Assembly: GCA_030867685.1 (NCBI GenBank)
Contig: JAQOWU010000008.1
Location: forward strand, 3,720,001-3,784,000
Source: Wickerhamiella versatilis
Taxonomy: Eukaryota
DNA length: 64,000 bases
Direction of reading: 5' to 3'
The notes under the pieces are model-generated. The model did not search any database, was not told the origin of the DNA, and saw only the letters and a program-made list of their open reading frames with translations. Positions within the stretch are counted from its first letter, which is position 1. Each line of letters begins with the position of its first letter. This document shows, piece after piece, positions 1 to 10,773 of this stretch. Made by a program: the position numbers and the translations under genes.

Positions 1-1843
1 CAGTTGTGCCCGGGAGAATTTCAAGTGGTGTCAGCGACACGTTGAGCTCTAAAGCCTTTTCTTTGACATGCTCGACAAACTCAGCATAAACTTCTCTTTT
101 CTGAAGTTGCAGGTTTATTAGTTCATCCAACTCAGGTACTTTACTGTCTTCCAATCTTTTGAAATTAAAGTAGTCTTCGATTTTCACTTTCTCCGCTGTT
201 GCTGCGTCTCTATTAATTTTTGTAAGGATTTCACTCACCACGTCACCCATGATTTTGGTGCTAGACATTAGCTGTTCCAAAAGTGGGGATCGAGATGCCG
301 CATCACGGATATCTGAGGTTGTAAAAATAGAGGCAAGTGACTTAAACGACTGTAAAACGTAATAAAGCTGTTTGGGCGCGATACGACCATGATATATTTG
401 CAGAAGACGCTGCTCCAAGTCGGGACCTGATTTGAGAACATGGGAAAATTTGCTCCAATTCTCCTCCTCGCTGATATCCATCAACGTTTCCACTGCGCAC
501 AGTCTTTCTTCGATAATGTTGTGATCAAGAAGGGGGCATGCTAACCATTTACGAAGTTGTCGAGCCCCTTGGTGAGATCTAGTGCAATTAACCATCCAGA
601 ACAAAGATCCTACTTCTTTGAAATTAGTTTGGTTTTGGAATACCTCAAGAGCTTCTAAAGTATCACCCTTGAGATACATATGCGATTGAAGCGAGAATGG
701 TTTTAGGGTTTTTAAGGAAAATACCCTTGAGAGGTCGAATTCTTCGAGATATTCAACCAATGAACCAAAGCATCTTCTACACCCTTCAGGAAGCTCGACA
801 TCCTGGGGGTATCTTTTCAGCGCCTCCTCAGAGTTTTCGTGTACATTGAACTCGAGTGTCCTAATATTATTCTTGGTAGATATAGAATTGAGGAGACTAT
901 TCGTAGCAAGACTGAACGTCCCCACCTTCAAAATTTCTCCTGGTTGAATATGAACTAGTCGAGTTTCTAACTCAGTAAGAATATCCGAGTCTGAAAATTC
1001 ATCATAGACACCATCCCCTGTTGCTAATTGGATTGCGACGAGTGCAAATCGAGGTCCACTTAGTTCCAACAGTGATAAAATATGCCCACTCACACTACTA
1101 GCTGCAAGATCATTAGATGACCCGACTTCCTCAACTAGCGTGCCTTTTGTAAATACTCGATTAACCTTACGAGTGAAAGGGCCTTTCGATTTGCCTTCTG
1201 ATGCTCGAACTGCGGCTGTTTCAACCTGGTCAGCAACAGCTACCTTCAAATTTTTAGCAACTAACCGCTGGACATAGGTCATTAACGAAACGGTCGGAAA
1301 AACCATTGATGCCCATCTTGAGTAGAGGGAATCCTCGGGATCAAGTCCTTCGTCTAGTTCTTTCCAACCAGCAAAACAGTGAGTACCTAATGCCGAAGAA
1401 GCAACATACGCGTCCTTGCCCAAAATGCAATACCTATAACCATTCATAACCACAAGAATAGCATCCATGTGCTGTTTTTTAAGTTCAATATACTGTAAGT
1501 CGAAAGGCTTCAGCTCACGCTTATGAGGTACGCGTTCCCTTTTTCCAAGAACAGCAGCGAACGCCTCCTTGCGCTTTTGCGATTCATGAGAAGCTAAAAA
1601 ATTGGGTTCTGGCTTGTTTCCACGTGAAAATCCTTCGAGAGTCGGTGTATGAGCTTGCAATCCTGTTTTGATGGATACCACGCTAGTATTCTGACTTGAA
1701 TCCTTTTTTTCTACGGGAGTGGGCTCTATATCGCATCCAACTTTTTGTTTCTTGGCCACGTGTTTGGTATTTTTATTATTTTCAGGCCGCTTGTTTTTTG
1801 CAACCTGAAAAAAGCTTGTTATGTCTGGCTGGCTAGGAGCCAT
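1..1843 (-). CDS. MSH3: MutS-beta mismatch repair protein Msh3, truncated by the window edge (3' part missing)
   Basis: Manual translation from the ATG at 1843 gives MAPSQPDITSFF (N-terminal PCNA PIP box), then LKPFDLQYIELKKQHMDAILVVMNGYRY and SLFWMVNCTRSHQGARQLRKWLACPLLD, typical of MutS domains I and III. Not in the ORF track. Confidence 0.9.
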   Translation of the reverse strand, partial: MAPSQPDITSFFQVAKNKRPENNKNTKHVAKKQKVGCDIEPTPVEKKDSSQNTSVVSIKTGLQAHTPTLEGFSRGNKPEPNFLASHESQKRKEAFAAVLGKRERVPHKRELKPFDLQYIELKKQHMDAILVVMNGYRYCILGKDAYVASSALGTHCFAGWKELDEGLDPEDSLYSRWASMVFPTVSLMTYVQRLVAKNLKVAVADQVETAAVRASEGKSKGPFTRKVNRVFTKGTLVEEVGSSNDLAASSVSGHILSLLELSGPRFALVAIQLATGDGVYDEFSDSDILTELETRLVHIQPGEILKVGTFSLATNSLLNSISTKNNIRTLEFNVHENSEEALKRYPQDVELPEGCRRCFGSLVEYLEEFDLSRVFSLKTLKPFSLQSHMYLKGDTLEALEVFQNQTNFKEVGSLFWMVNCTRSHQGARQLRKWLACPLLDHNIIEERLCAVETLMDISEEENWSKFSHVLKSGPDLEQRLLQIYHGRIAPKQLYYVLQSFKSLASIFTTSDIRDAASRSPLLEQLMSSTKIMGDVVSEILTKINRDAATAEKVKIEDYFNFKRLEDSKVPELDELINLQLQKREVYAEFVEHVKEKALELNVSLTPLEILPGTT

Positions 1844-1937
1844 GGCCTCTGACAATACCGTTTGTCAGACAGTATATAACTCAGTAAATTTATTGTCCAC
1901 TAATTGCGTCATGGGTCTTCTATATACGTTATGTGCC

Positions 1938-4160
1938 TTAAAGTTTAGAAACATTAAGGGATGAAATTATATAGGCACAGTCTTGAATCAGTTTGTGTGT
2001 TAGAATACTGTTTACCCTTCCAATGTCCGCAAAAATATAACGAGAATTGGCGATTTCATCAGATAGATCAAACAGTTGGGAATTCAACACATAATTATCC
2101 ATTTCTCCTCTGTAACCAGCTGTAAGTTTCAATATATAGCCACTCGAAGTTTTTGTGTCAGGCTTTCTCCTTGTAACGACACCAAGTCGCTCAAATGCAA
2201 GAACTCCGTTTTTAATAAGTTCGCTGCTACATGCTTCACTAAATTGAAGCCGGCCTTCCCTATATAATGTTCGAGCGATTTTTTGACATTCTTGGCAAAA
2301 CTTGCGTTCACTCATGCCTGATGCTAGTGACGGGGATAGAAGAAGTAAGGTGAAGGAGACATTCCAATATGCATCTATAAATGGCCATAAGAAGTGACAA
2401 TAAAACGATCCCATTTCTTTCGCTAATCCACCATCTCCAGCATATATTTCGATAACTCCGTCGCTATAATGAACTATTCCCTGACTCTGCAGTTCTTTAA
2501 GCGATGACACGAGATTAGCATCCAAGTCGTTATTTTCAAAGATAAGCTCACCAGCCAGCAATTGACTCAAGAAACGAGTTCTTTTTTCTAATTCTGAATA
2601 AGGAATTCGAAGAGTGTGGTTTTTCTGCGAAAGGGTGTATAATGCAACACAAACAGCTGACTTCCTAGCAAATAAGTGGATAGTTTGGTTTCGGTAATAG
2701 CTCAGTTTGAACGCATCATTGGCATGATATACAGGCGTATAAAGCCCTTCACTTTCAACTTTGATAAGATCAGAACCCAACACGTCAACAGCATTGTCAA
2801 CAACAGAGGCTATGTCGTTCCCAGTTAACAGCTCTGCTGGTTTCGCAATGCCCCCTAACGTACCACCAGCCTCTAATACTAGTATAATAAGCTGGGAAAC
2901 TCGATACATCAATTCATGTCGACTCAGTCCCCGAAAGCCAGAGGTCAAGAGGACGGTTCCCACAAGGGCTGATGGTACAATAATAGACACCTTATTCACA
3001 TCGTTCAATATAAGATACCCCAGTGATCGGGCAAGCCGTTGTATCCTACCTTGTGATAAGGATTGCGTTAATGGAAAACTTGCAATCGACTCTAGTTGAA
3101 GCTGATCAATGACATACTCACGCAGCGACCATATTTCACCAAGTCTTATATCTATACGGCCCAATCTCAAGGATACCATAGTGACTGATTCCAAAAACGA
3201 CTTCAAGCTCTCCACTTTTTTAGTTCGACCTAGAAGCTGAGTCGCGAAATCGTCGGCTTCGAGTACTTTGTCATAGTGCGTTGAAACAGGTAATATCCAT
3301 GCGTCTTCAATAACACCATTGATAATTGCTTCCAATATCATTCTAAGTATACCTACTCTTGGAGGTAAAAGCTTCCCGGTACGTGATCGTGTTCCTTCAA
3401 TGAAACATTGTAAGTTAAGACCCTCAGAGAGTAATGTGTTGAGCAATGCTTGGAAAAAAGCAGTATAGAGAGGATCTTCACTCCAGTTACCACGGCGAAT
3501 ATAGGTTGCCCCTACATGGCGCAAGAAGTAGCTTAGGATGGGAATATCCAAATTGTCCCCTGCAATTGTACAAGGGAGTGAAATACCCATATTATAAAAA
3601 GCGAATACAAGCGAGACATAGTCAACATGGCTTTTGTGACATGGAAACAACAGAAGAGATTGCTTCTTGCCCTCAATTTCCTTCATTTTTGTTTTCACTC
3701 GTATGACATCAGACTCCTTGACGTGCATACCCTGATGGTAACACCGGCTAAAGATTTCTGCAACTGTATGATACATAAATCTGACGACCATTTCACTTTC
3801 CATACATGGCAGTGCCTTGCTCGCAAGATCCTCAACTATTTCTGTCAACCAATTTTCGTACTTTTGCCGCAACAACTCTTGCTTTCTCTCGTCAATAGCT
3901 CCCAATTCCTTGGCAACTTGGCGAGAGCTTAACCCATAGATGGCCTGCAGCAAATTAGGCTGAGAAAGAATTTTTTTTAGTAGCTTGTCTCGCCAATGTG
4001 GAATGAATATTGGGGAACCTTCATATTTGCCAAATGGCCTCTGTACATAAGTTCTATAATATCTTGAAAGAGCCCCACTAAGCCTCTTTGGATGGTAGAT
4101 GCCTTCAAGAAACTCTGAAGATGTGACCCTTCCATCTAACAGATTCCTTTCCTGCTTCAT
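1938..4160 (-). CDS. Glycerol-3-phosphate/dihydroxyacetone-phosphate acyltransferase (PlsB/GNPAT family), probably peroxisomal
   Basis: Acyltransferase motifs HKSHVD (HxxxxD), GATYIRR and FIEGTRSRTGK; C-terminal SKL (PTS1). Confidence 0.85.
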   Translation of the reverse strand: MKQERNLLDGRVTSSEFLEGIYHPKRLSGALSRYYRTYVQRPFGKYEGSPIFIPHWRDKLLKKILSQPNLLQAIYGLSSRQVAKELGAIDERKQELLRQKYENWLTEIVEDLASKALPCMESEMVVRFMYHTVAEIFSRCYHQGMHVKESDVIRVKTKMKEIEGKKQSLLLFPCHKSHVDYVSLVFAFYNMGISLPCTIAGDNLDIPILSYFLRHVGATYIRRGNWSEDPLYTAFFQALLNTLLSEGLNLQCFIEGTRSRTGKLLPPRVGILRMILEAIINGVIEDAWILPVSTHYDKVLEADDFATQLLGRTKKVESLKSFLESVTMVSLRLGRIDIRLGEIWSLREYVIDQLQLESIASFPLTQSLSQGRIQRLARSLGYLILNDVNKVSIIVPSALVGTVLLTSGFRGLSRHELMYRVSQLIILVLEAGGTLGGIAKPAELLTGNDIASVVDNAVDVLGSDLIKVESEGLYTPVYHANDAFKLSYYRNQTIHLFARKSAVCVALYTLSQKNHTLRIPYSELEKRTRFLSQLLAGELIFENNDLDANLVSSLKELQSQGIVHYSDGVIEIYAGDGGLAKEMGSFYCHFLWPFIDAYWNVSFTLLLLSPSLASGMSERKFCQECQKIARTLYREGRLQFSEACSSELIKNGVLAFERLGVVTRRKPDTKTSSGYILKLTAGYRGEMDNYVLNSQLFDLSDEIANSRYIFADIGRVNSILTHKLIQDCAYIISSLNVSKL

Positions 4161-5919
4161 CCTGTTTGCCCCTTAGCGTTGGGGATGCTTACTCACTGTT
4201 GTTCCAAAGCTCGACCTACTCCGCATTTCATCAGATAAGCCTTTTTAGCCTAGTGTTCTCCAATGATCTGTTATTCTTAAAGGCGCTAACCAATTCCTAA
4301 GTTATTATTCTGTATTTATGGTGACGGCTGGCGCTATAATTTGTCTGGAAGAGCTTAATGCAAATACGAAGACATTTCGTAGACCTCTCTACAAATAAAA
4401 TATTCATTTTTTCCGTGAAATCAGATAAAGATCAGTTTTTTAACTTCAATATCAGGGCATTTCAACTCGCCAAGTATAGTGCTGGTGCGTCACCAAGATG
4501 TATGTGTTCTATCCTGAAATTCTGGAAGTCGTTCTCAGAAAGATGGACTTCTGCTTAGATCCTAAGCAGACCTTCCTCCTCATGAAGAAATGCACGCATA
4601 GTCAACAAGGTAAAGTACCAGTAAGTTTACCACGTATGCAAGGTGATCAGGCTTCCTAACATCTCTTAATTAAAAATGCCGTTGGTGAATCGAATTCTTC
4701 ATACGCAAGAAAAACATGAGAATAGTATCTAAGATTTGCAGTGACGGGAGATTCAAATTTCAAAGCATAGATCAACCTAGTCGTAGGTCCTAACGCCTCT
4801 ACTATAGCCGTCTTAGTTCATATTTTAAACTGCTTACGCGAAGGAAAAAAGGAATAATATTAAGCCCTATAATTTCAACTGGGAAGAATTAAATCTTTAC
4901 TTTTACCGTTTACTCTGCTTAACAGTTCTCACTGTATCAAATTGGTTCTCTTCCTGCAGTATAAATAAAAAAAAGAATTCAACCCAAGTGCGGTTTAATA
5001 TCTATAATTATAAATTTTCGCAGATCATTGTTCCAGACCGGTTGATAAACTTAGCCGTCTCCGACGCTAAACCCGCAATACCCTTACCTCTATATGCAAC
5101 ATCACGACCATCCCGAGCGTTGATAGGTGATCATGTCGAGAGAGCACTAGAACTCACTAGAACAGCGCGCTAGTTGTTTTTCCCTATATGAATAACTGTC
5201 CTTATAGACTACCAGTCAGAAGACCATGGTATTAATCAAAATCCGATGCAAAAAAAAAGAAGGAAAATATGTAACAGAGCCCTATATATGACTTCCGAGG
5301 TAAACATAAAATACTCAGTGGCCTAATAAATAATTAACCGTATATCCCAGTGCTCAGATTTGGTGAAACCTCACATAGTCGGGGCTCCACGGAGAACTCA
5401 TGTCCGTGGAGCCCCACAAATGACTAATAAAACATGGGTGCGACCCGTACCCCCTAGACCTGCATATGGATGCGACCTTTCCGAGTGCACATACATGAGA
5501 AGGTCAATGAAGACATAGAGTTCCATAGTCTATTCTATCCGTAGAACCATTACAGCTACAATATGCTTCATCTATTTTTGCTTCATCTCGGACCTTCCGG
5601 AAGGCAGCCGGATCTAACCCTAAGCCTGTCAGAGTTTTTTTTTACGACCCCAGCTGCAGCAGACTCCACACTATAGTGAGAAACGTTAATCCCACTAGAG
5701 CCTTAGTTCAAAAATATGATAATTCGCGGGTATTCTAGCATTTCACTACTTTTACTACTGAAATAACCTCTATTTTAATAAAGCTAATAATACAAGAAAT
5801 ATCTCCGTCGCATAGTACCGATAACGTAATCGATACTCGTTTAGAAAGATTAACCCTTGACGCCGAAATTGCCTATATTAGCTGGGGAAAAATTCAGCAG
5901 TTTTCCAGTCATTAATTTG

Positions 5920-7809
5920 ATGAATTCTCAATATCCAGATGTCGAGCCCCAGAATGCTGGGAGCGGTAGTGAGGGGAGAATGGAGCAGATGGAAAGCGAT
6001 TTGCAAGCTCTTCGACAAGAACTTGGTCAGGTAAAAGCTGCCAACCAGGATCTTCAGTCCAAATACTCTGAGGTTGAAAAGAGTGGACGCCATCACAGCT
6101 ATGCAGGTGAAAATCCTTCGCCGACGCCAAGTCCCGAGGCTAGGCGCAGTTCTGTGGAGTATACTGAAGAGTTGGAGAAAGCGGGTCTTGCGGGCAAAGA
6201 ATTGCCCAGGGTAAGGGACTATAGTACACTGTATTATATGTCGCCATTTAGACTGATCGATCCGAAATTTAAGTTCCGGAATCCATATATTGTAGCAGCC
6301 ATCTCGACAATGGGTGGTTTGCTTTTCGGTGCAGCAGGAAGTAATATGACACCATTTATCGGTTTGAAGGGATACAATACTGTTTATGGTAACATTCCAG
6401 GTATTCAACAAGGTGGTGTCTCAGCTGCATTCCCCGGTGGTGCCTTCGTTGGTTCAGTTATCTCAGGGTATGTTGGCGATTCCTTCGGTCGAAAGAACAT
6501 GATTTGTCTTGGTGCTGTCACGTGGATTATTGGTGCGGTGATTCAGGTTGCATCTGCTGCAATTCCAAGTAAATTCGAAACTGGCTCAAGGGCAGCCCTT
6601 TCAATTGGTCGTATAATTATGGGTATCTGTGTCGGGTTTGCATCTTCTAATGTACCGCTGTATCTTCAGGAACTGAGTCCTCCTAATATTAGAGGTCGTC
6701 TTGCAGTATGCTTCCAGTTATCAGAATGCGTTGGTATTTTGGTGATGTATGAGATTGCGTGGGGTTGTTCGAATATGACCGCACATGATGGACGTTCCGG
6801 ATTGGAGCTCGCATGGGGTCTTATGATGGTTCCCGGTGCAATCTGGCTCGTTGGCTCCTTCTTCCTCCCAGAGAGCCCTCGTTGGCTTGCTAACATGGGT
6901 GACTGGACAAAATGTGTTGAAGTTCTTACTTTCCTGAGAGGTGAGGATGCTGAATCTCAAATCGTCAAGACTGAACTTCAAGAATACGAAAAGGCAATTA
7001 AGGAAGAGACTGAAAAGCGTACTGGGTTTAGCGATCTTTTCAAGGGTCATAGCTTCGGAAGAACTATTGCATGCCTTAGTGTTATGGCAAATCAACAGCT
7101 TATCGGTACGAATATCGTATTATTCTACGCTGGATCTATTATTCGTATGAGTAACTACAGTAACATTGACGTTTTCCGTTTTACCACAGTTTGGTATGCT
7201 GTCAACTTGGGTATGACTCTTCCGCCTACGTTCTGGATTGATCGCTGGTCTAGAAGATGGGTCTTCATTGGTGGCGCTTTGGGTATGTGTACATGTATGT
7301 GTATCACAGCTGGTCTCATGGGTAAATATGGTATTCCTACTGGAAAGAATGGTTTCTGCAGTGATCCTGAAGATCTCAGCACATGCGACGGAACAATCCG
7401 ACAATACATTCCAACGGAACATAAGGATGCAGGTAAGGCCGCTTTGGCATTCTCTATCATCTTCTTCGGCATTTTCGCTATCGGCTGGGGTCCCGTTGCT
7501 TGGGTATACGTTTCTGAGATCTTCCCACCCAGTCAGCGTAGTATCGGTAATGGTCTTGGTTCTGCTATTAACTGGCTGTTTAATTTCGTTATTACCATAT
7601 CTTGTCCGGCCGGTTTCATTAACATTCAATGGAAGACATACGTCATTTACGCCGTATTTGGTATGTTGGCTGCAATCTTCACGTTCTTCTTTGTTCCTGA
7701 GACCCTTGGTTACAGTCTTGATGAGATGGATTCTATCATTAAGCGTGGTATAGCTCCCTGGAAGACCGATCCAGTCTATTTGTGGTTTAAGGGAATGAAG
7801 AAACATTAG
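5920..7809 (+). CDS. MFS sugar porter, HGT1-like, tandem copy 1
   Basis: Motifs GDSFGRK, ELSPPNIRG, PESPRWL, QQLIG, DRWSRR, GWGP, SEIFP and PETLG. First ATG is at 5920; the ORF-track start at 5857 is TTG. Confidence 0.9.
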   Translation: MNSQYPDVEPQNAGSGSEGRMEQMESDLQALRQELGQVKAANQDLQSKYSEVEKSGRHHSYAGENPSPTPSPEARRSSVEYTEELEKAGLAGKELPRVRDYSTLYYMSPFRLIDPKFKFRNPYIVAAISTMGGLLFGAAGSNMTPFIGLKGYNTVYGNIPGIQQGGVSAAFPGGAFVGSVISGYVGDSFGRKNMICLGAVTWIIGAVIQVASAAIPSKFETGSRAALSIGRIIMGICVGFASSNVPLYLQELSPPNIRGRLAVCFQLSECVGILVMYEIAWGCSNMTAHDGRSGLELAWGLMMVPGAIWLVGSFFLPESPRWLANMGDWTKCVEVLTFLRGEDAESQIVKTELQEYEKAIKEETEKRTGFSDLFKGHSFGRTIACLSVMANQQLIGTNIVLFYAGSIIRMSNYSNIDVFRFTTVWYAVNLGMTLPPTFWIDRWSRRWVFIGGALGMCTCMCITAGLMGKYGIPTGKNGFCSDPEDLSTCDGTIRQYIPTEHKDAGKAALAFSIIFFGIFAIGWGPVAWVYVSEIFPPSQRSIGNGLGSAINWLFNFVITISCPAGFINIQWKTYVIYAVFGMLAAIFTFFFVPETLGYSLDEMDSIIKRGIAPWKTDPVYLWFKGMKKH

Positions 7810-8847
7810 TGCTTAATGCTTAATGATGTTCATATCGATCTCTCGGCACTATTCAAACTGAATAATTAATAATTTGTCAACGACCTAGGTATATATGTGT
7901 CATGGTAATTTTATTGCGTTTATCAGTCGCGTGTAATTTTCATTTTGTGTAGAGAAATAGAGTACATCCTGGATGGTTTTTTCCAAGCTAACAACTTCCA
8001 CATCTCGTTCTACATCGAGTGTAAGATGAGAGCTGGTCGTGGATAAGCTCTACAGTGCAACATACAGGATATGTAAATCATGGAAGCATCATCGTGCATT
8101 CACTTCCCATAAATATCAGTGGCAGCATTGTAAATCGCTGCGGGGCCCCGGAGTTCTCTTTCGGAAAGGGACCGTAATGTATCGCGCCCTGAATTCCGAA
8201 GAAGATACGACCTGAGGTGGGGTGAGAACGCTATCAAGCTAAAGGTAGATACAAGTGTCAGCCTTCTCCACCACCCGCTACTGCAAAAATGGGGGGTTTA
8301 ATCAATTTTTCCATTCTGTAGCCAAAAAATCTAAATTAATCCGGTCCGGTTATTTATACCCAAACCCTGGTGCCATTTTTTTCCGAAAGTATGCCAGAAA
8401 AAGTCAAAAAGGCAAAGATTCTCGAGCGAAAAGTTTCTCAGGGCCTTAATGCTATCGTTTGTTATATTATGAGCATTTCATGATGGGTGAGCATCTCCAC
8501 AGAACCCCACAGTCAAGAATTAGTTAATCCGGAGATTGCATAAAGGGGAATTTGCCGCACATTCACGATCGCCGCCTTGTAGCATCGGGAATATTTCTTT
8601 TCAACGATTTAACCACATTGACACAAAAGCTGTCTATTTATTATCGAGAACGCGTTTTATTTCGTTGTTAAATGTAGGACTATGTCGTGTGCTTCGTACT
8701 TCAAACGGAGTCTGCTACATCATATTGCATACGGAAGAGGTCTTTGATTATTAATCGTTTTTCGTTTAGTGCTTAAACCCTAGCACCGTGACCAGGACTA
8801 TATAAACGAACTATAAGCTGGATCAGAGCTAAGAAATTTGACTCGTC
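7810..8847 (+). repeat. Duplicated intergenic spacer, copy A (3' region of porter 1 plus promoter of porter 2)
   Basis: Colinear and highly similar to 10774-11852, e.g. ctaggtatatatgtgtcatggtaattt, cgctgcggggccccggagttctct, gagcatctccacagaaccccacag, ctatataaacgaactataagct. Confidence 0.95.
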
Positions 8848-10773
8848 ATGAGTGATCACGAAGACTATGAAGTGGATGGCTCGCCTCGCCACCTCGGTGA
8901 CGAGAAATATAGCGATCAGAGAATGCAGCACATGGAAAGTGGTTTGCAAGAACTTCGAGAAGAGCTCTCCAATTTAAGAGCTGAAAATATGGATTTAAGA
9001 TCTAAGTATCAGAATACTGCACATCACACCAATAACGATGACATTTCTCCATCGCCTAGTCCACCAGCCTCTAATGCTGGGGAGAAGGTGACCCCTGAAC
9101 TCGAGAAGGCGGGTCTCGCCGGGCACAATCTACCCAAGGATAGGGATTACAGTACATTGTACTACATGAGTCCATTTAGAATGATCGACCCCAAGTTTAA
9201 GTTCCGGAATCCATATATCATCGCCGCAATCTCAACAATGGGAGGCCTGCTTTTCGGTGCAGCAGGAAGTAACATGACTCCTTTTATTGGTTTAAAAGGG
9301 TATAATTGTACATTTGGAAAAGTGATTTCTACTGATCCTCTTAAATGTGAAGGTATTCCAGGTATTCAGCAAGGTGGTGTTTCTGCTGCTTTCCCTGGTG
9401 GGGCCTTCATTGGTGCCGTCATGTCGGCTTACATTGGGGATAAGATGGGACGAAAGAATATGATTTGTTATGGTGCTTGTTTATGGATTATTGGTGCAGT
9501 ACTACAGGTTTGCTCAGCCGCCATTCCAGAAAGATTCGTGGTTGGTCCAAAAGTGTGTCTTTCAATTGGTCGTATAATTATGGGTACCTGCGTCGGAATC
9601 GCTTCATCAAATGTGCCGCTGTATCTTCAGGAGCTGAGTCCTCCTAATATTAGGGGTCGTCTTGCAGTGTGTTTCCAGTTGTCCGAAACTGTCGGTATCC
9701 TAGCTATGTATGAGATAGCATGGGGTTGTTCGAATATGACCGCAAATAATGGGCGTGCTGGACTGGAGCTCGCATGGGGTCTTATGATGGTTCCTGGTGC
9801 GATCTGGCTTGTTGGTTCTTTCTTCCTCCCAGAAAGTCCACGTTGGCTAGCTACTATGGGTGATTGGACAAAGTGTGTTGATGTTTTGACGTTCCTGAGG
9901 GGCCAAGATGCCGAATCTCAGGTTGTGAGAACTGAACTTGTAGAATACGAAACTTCGATTCGGGAAGAGACTGAAAAACAAACTGGTTTGAGCGATCTTT
10001 TCAAGGGCCGCAGTTTCGGGCGGACTATGGCATGTCTTAGTGTTATGGCAAATCAACAGCTTATCGGTACGAATATCGTATTGTTTTATGCAGGTTCCAT
10101 TATTCGCATGAGTAACTATGGTGACATTGACGTATTCCGTTTCACCACAGTTTGGTATGCTGTGAATCTGGGTATGACTCTCTTCCCAACATTCTGGGTT
10201 GACCGATGGTCAAGGAGATGGGTATTCATCGGAGGTGCTCTAGGCATGTGTGCGTGTATGTGTATCACAGCAGGCCTTATGGGTAAATATGGTGTGCCTA
10301 CTCCTGGTAACCATGGATACTGCACTAACTACGATGACCCAAGTACATGCGACGGAACAATCAGACAATATATTCCAACGGAACATAAGGATGCTGGTAA
10401 GGCCGCTTTGGCGTTCTCTATCATCTTCTTCGGCATTTTCGCTATCGGCTGGGGTCCCGTTGCTTGGGTATACGTTTCTGAGATCTTCCCACCCAGTCAA
10501 CGTAGTATCGGTAATGGTATTGGTTCTGCAGTCAACTGGCTCTTCAATTTCGTCATTACTGTCTCTTGCCCGGCCGGTTTCATTAATATTCAGTGGAGAA
10601 CATATGTCATCTACGCCGTATTTGGTATGTTGGCCGCAATATACACGTTCTTCTTTGTTCCTGAAACTCTTGGTTACAGTCTTGATGAGATGGATGCTAT
10701 GATTCAGCGCGGTGTGTCCCCATGGAAGACCGATCCAGTCTACTTGTGGTTCAAGGGAATGAAGAAGCATTAG
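8848..10773 (+). CDS. MFS sugar porter, HGT1-like, tandem copy 2
   Basis: Same sugar-porter motifs as copy 1; TATATAAA at 8799-8806. Confidence 0.92.
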   Translation: MSDHEDYEVDGSPRHLGDEKYSDQRMQHMESGLQELREELSNLRAENMDLRSKYQNTAHHTNNDDISPSPSPPASNAGEKVTPELEKAGLAGHNLPKDRDYSTLYYMSPFRMIDPKFKFRNPYIIAAISTMGGLLFGAAGSNMTPFIGLKGYNCTFGKVISTDPLKCEGIPGIQQGGVSAAFPGGAFIGAVMSAYIGDKMGRKNMICYGACLWIIGAVLQVCSAAIPERFVVGPKVCLSIGRIIMGTCVGIASSNVPLYLQELSPPNIRGRLAVCFQLSETVGILAMYEIAWGCSNMTANNGRAGLELAWGLMMVPGAIWLVGSFFLPESPRWLATMGDWTKCVDVLTFLRGQDAESQVVRTELVEYETSIREETEKQTGLSDLFKGRSFGRTMACLSVMANQQLIGTNIVLFYAGSIIRMSNYGDIDVFRFTTVWYAVNLGMTLFPTFWVDRWSRRWVFIGGALGMCACMCITAGLMGKYGVPTPGNHGYCTNYDDPSTCDGTIRQYIPTEHKDAGKAALAFSIIFFGIFAIGWGPVAWVYVSEIFPPSQRSIGNGIGSAVNWLFNFVITVSCPAGFINIQWRTYVIYAVFGMLAAIYTFFFVPETLGYSLDEMDAMIQRGVSPWKTDPVYLWFKGMKKH

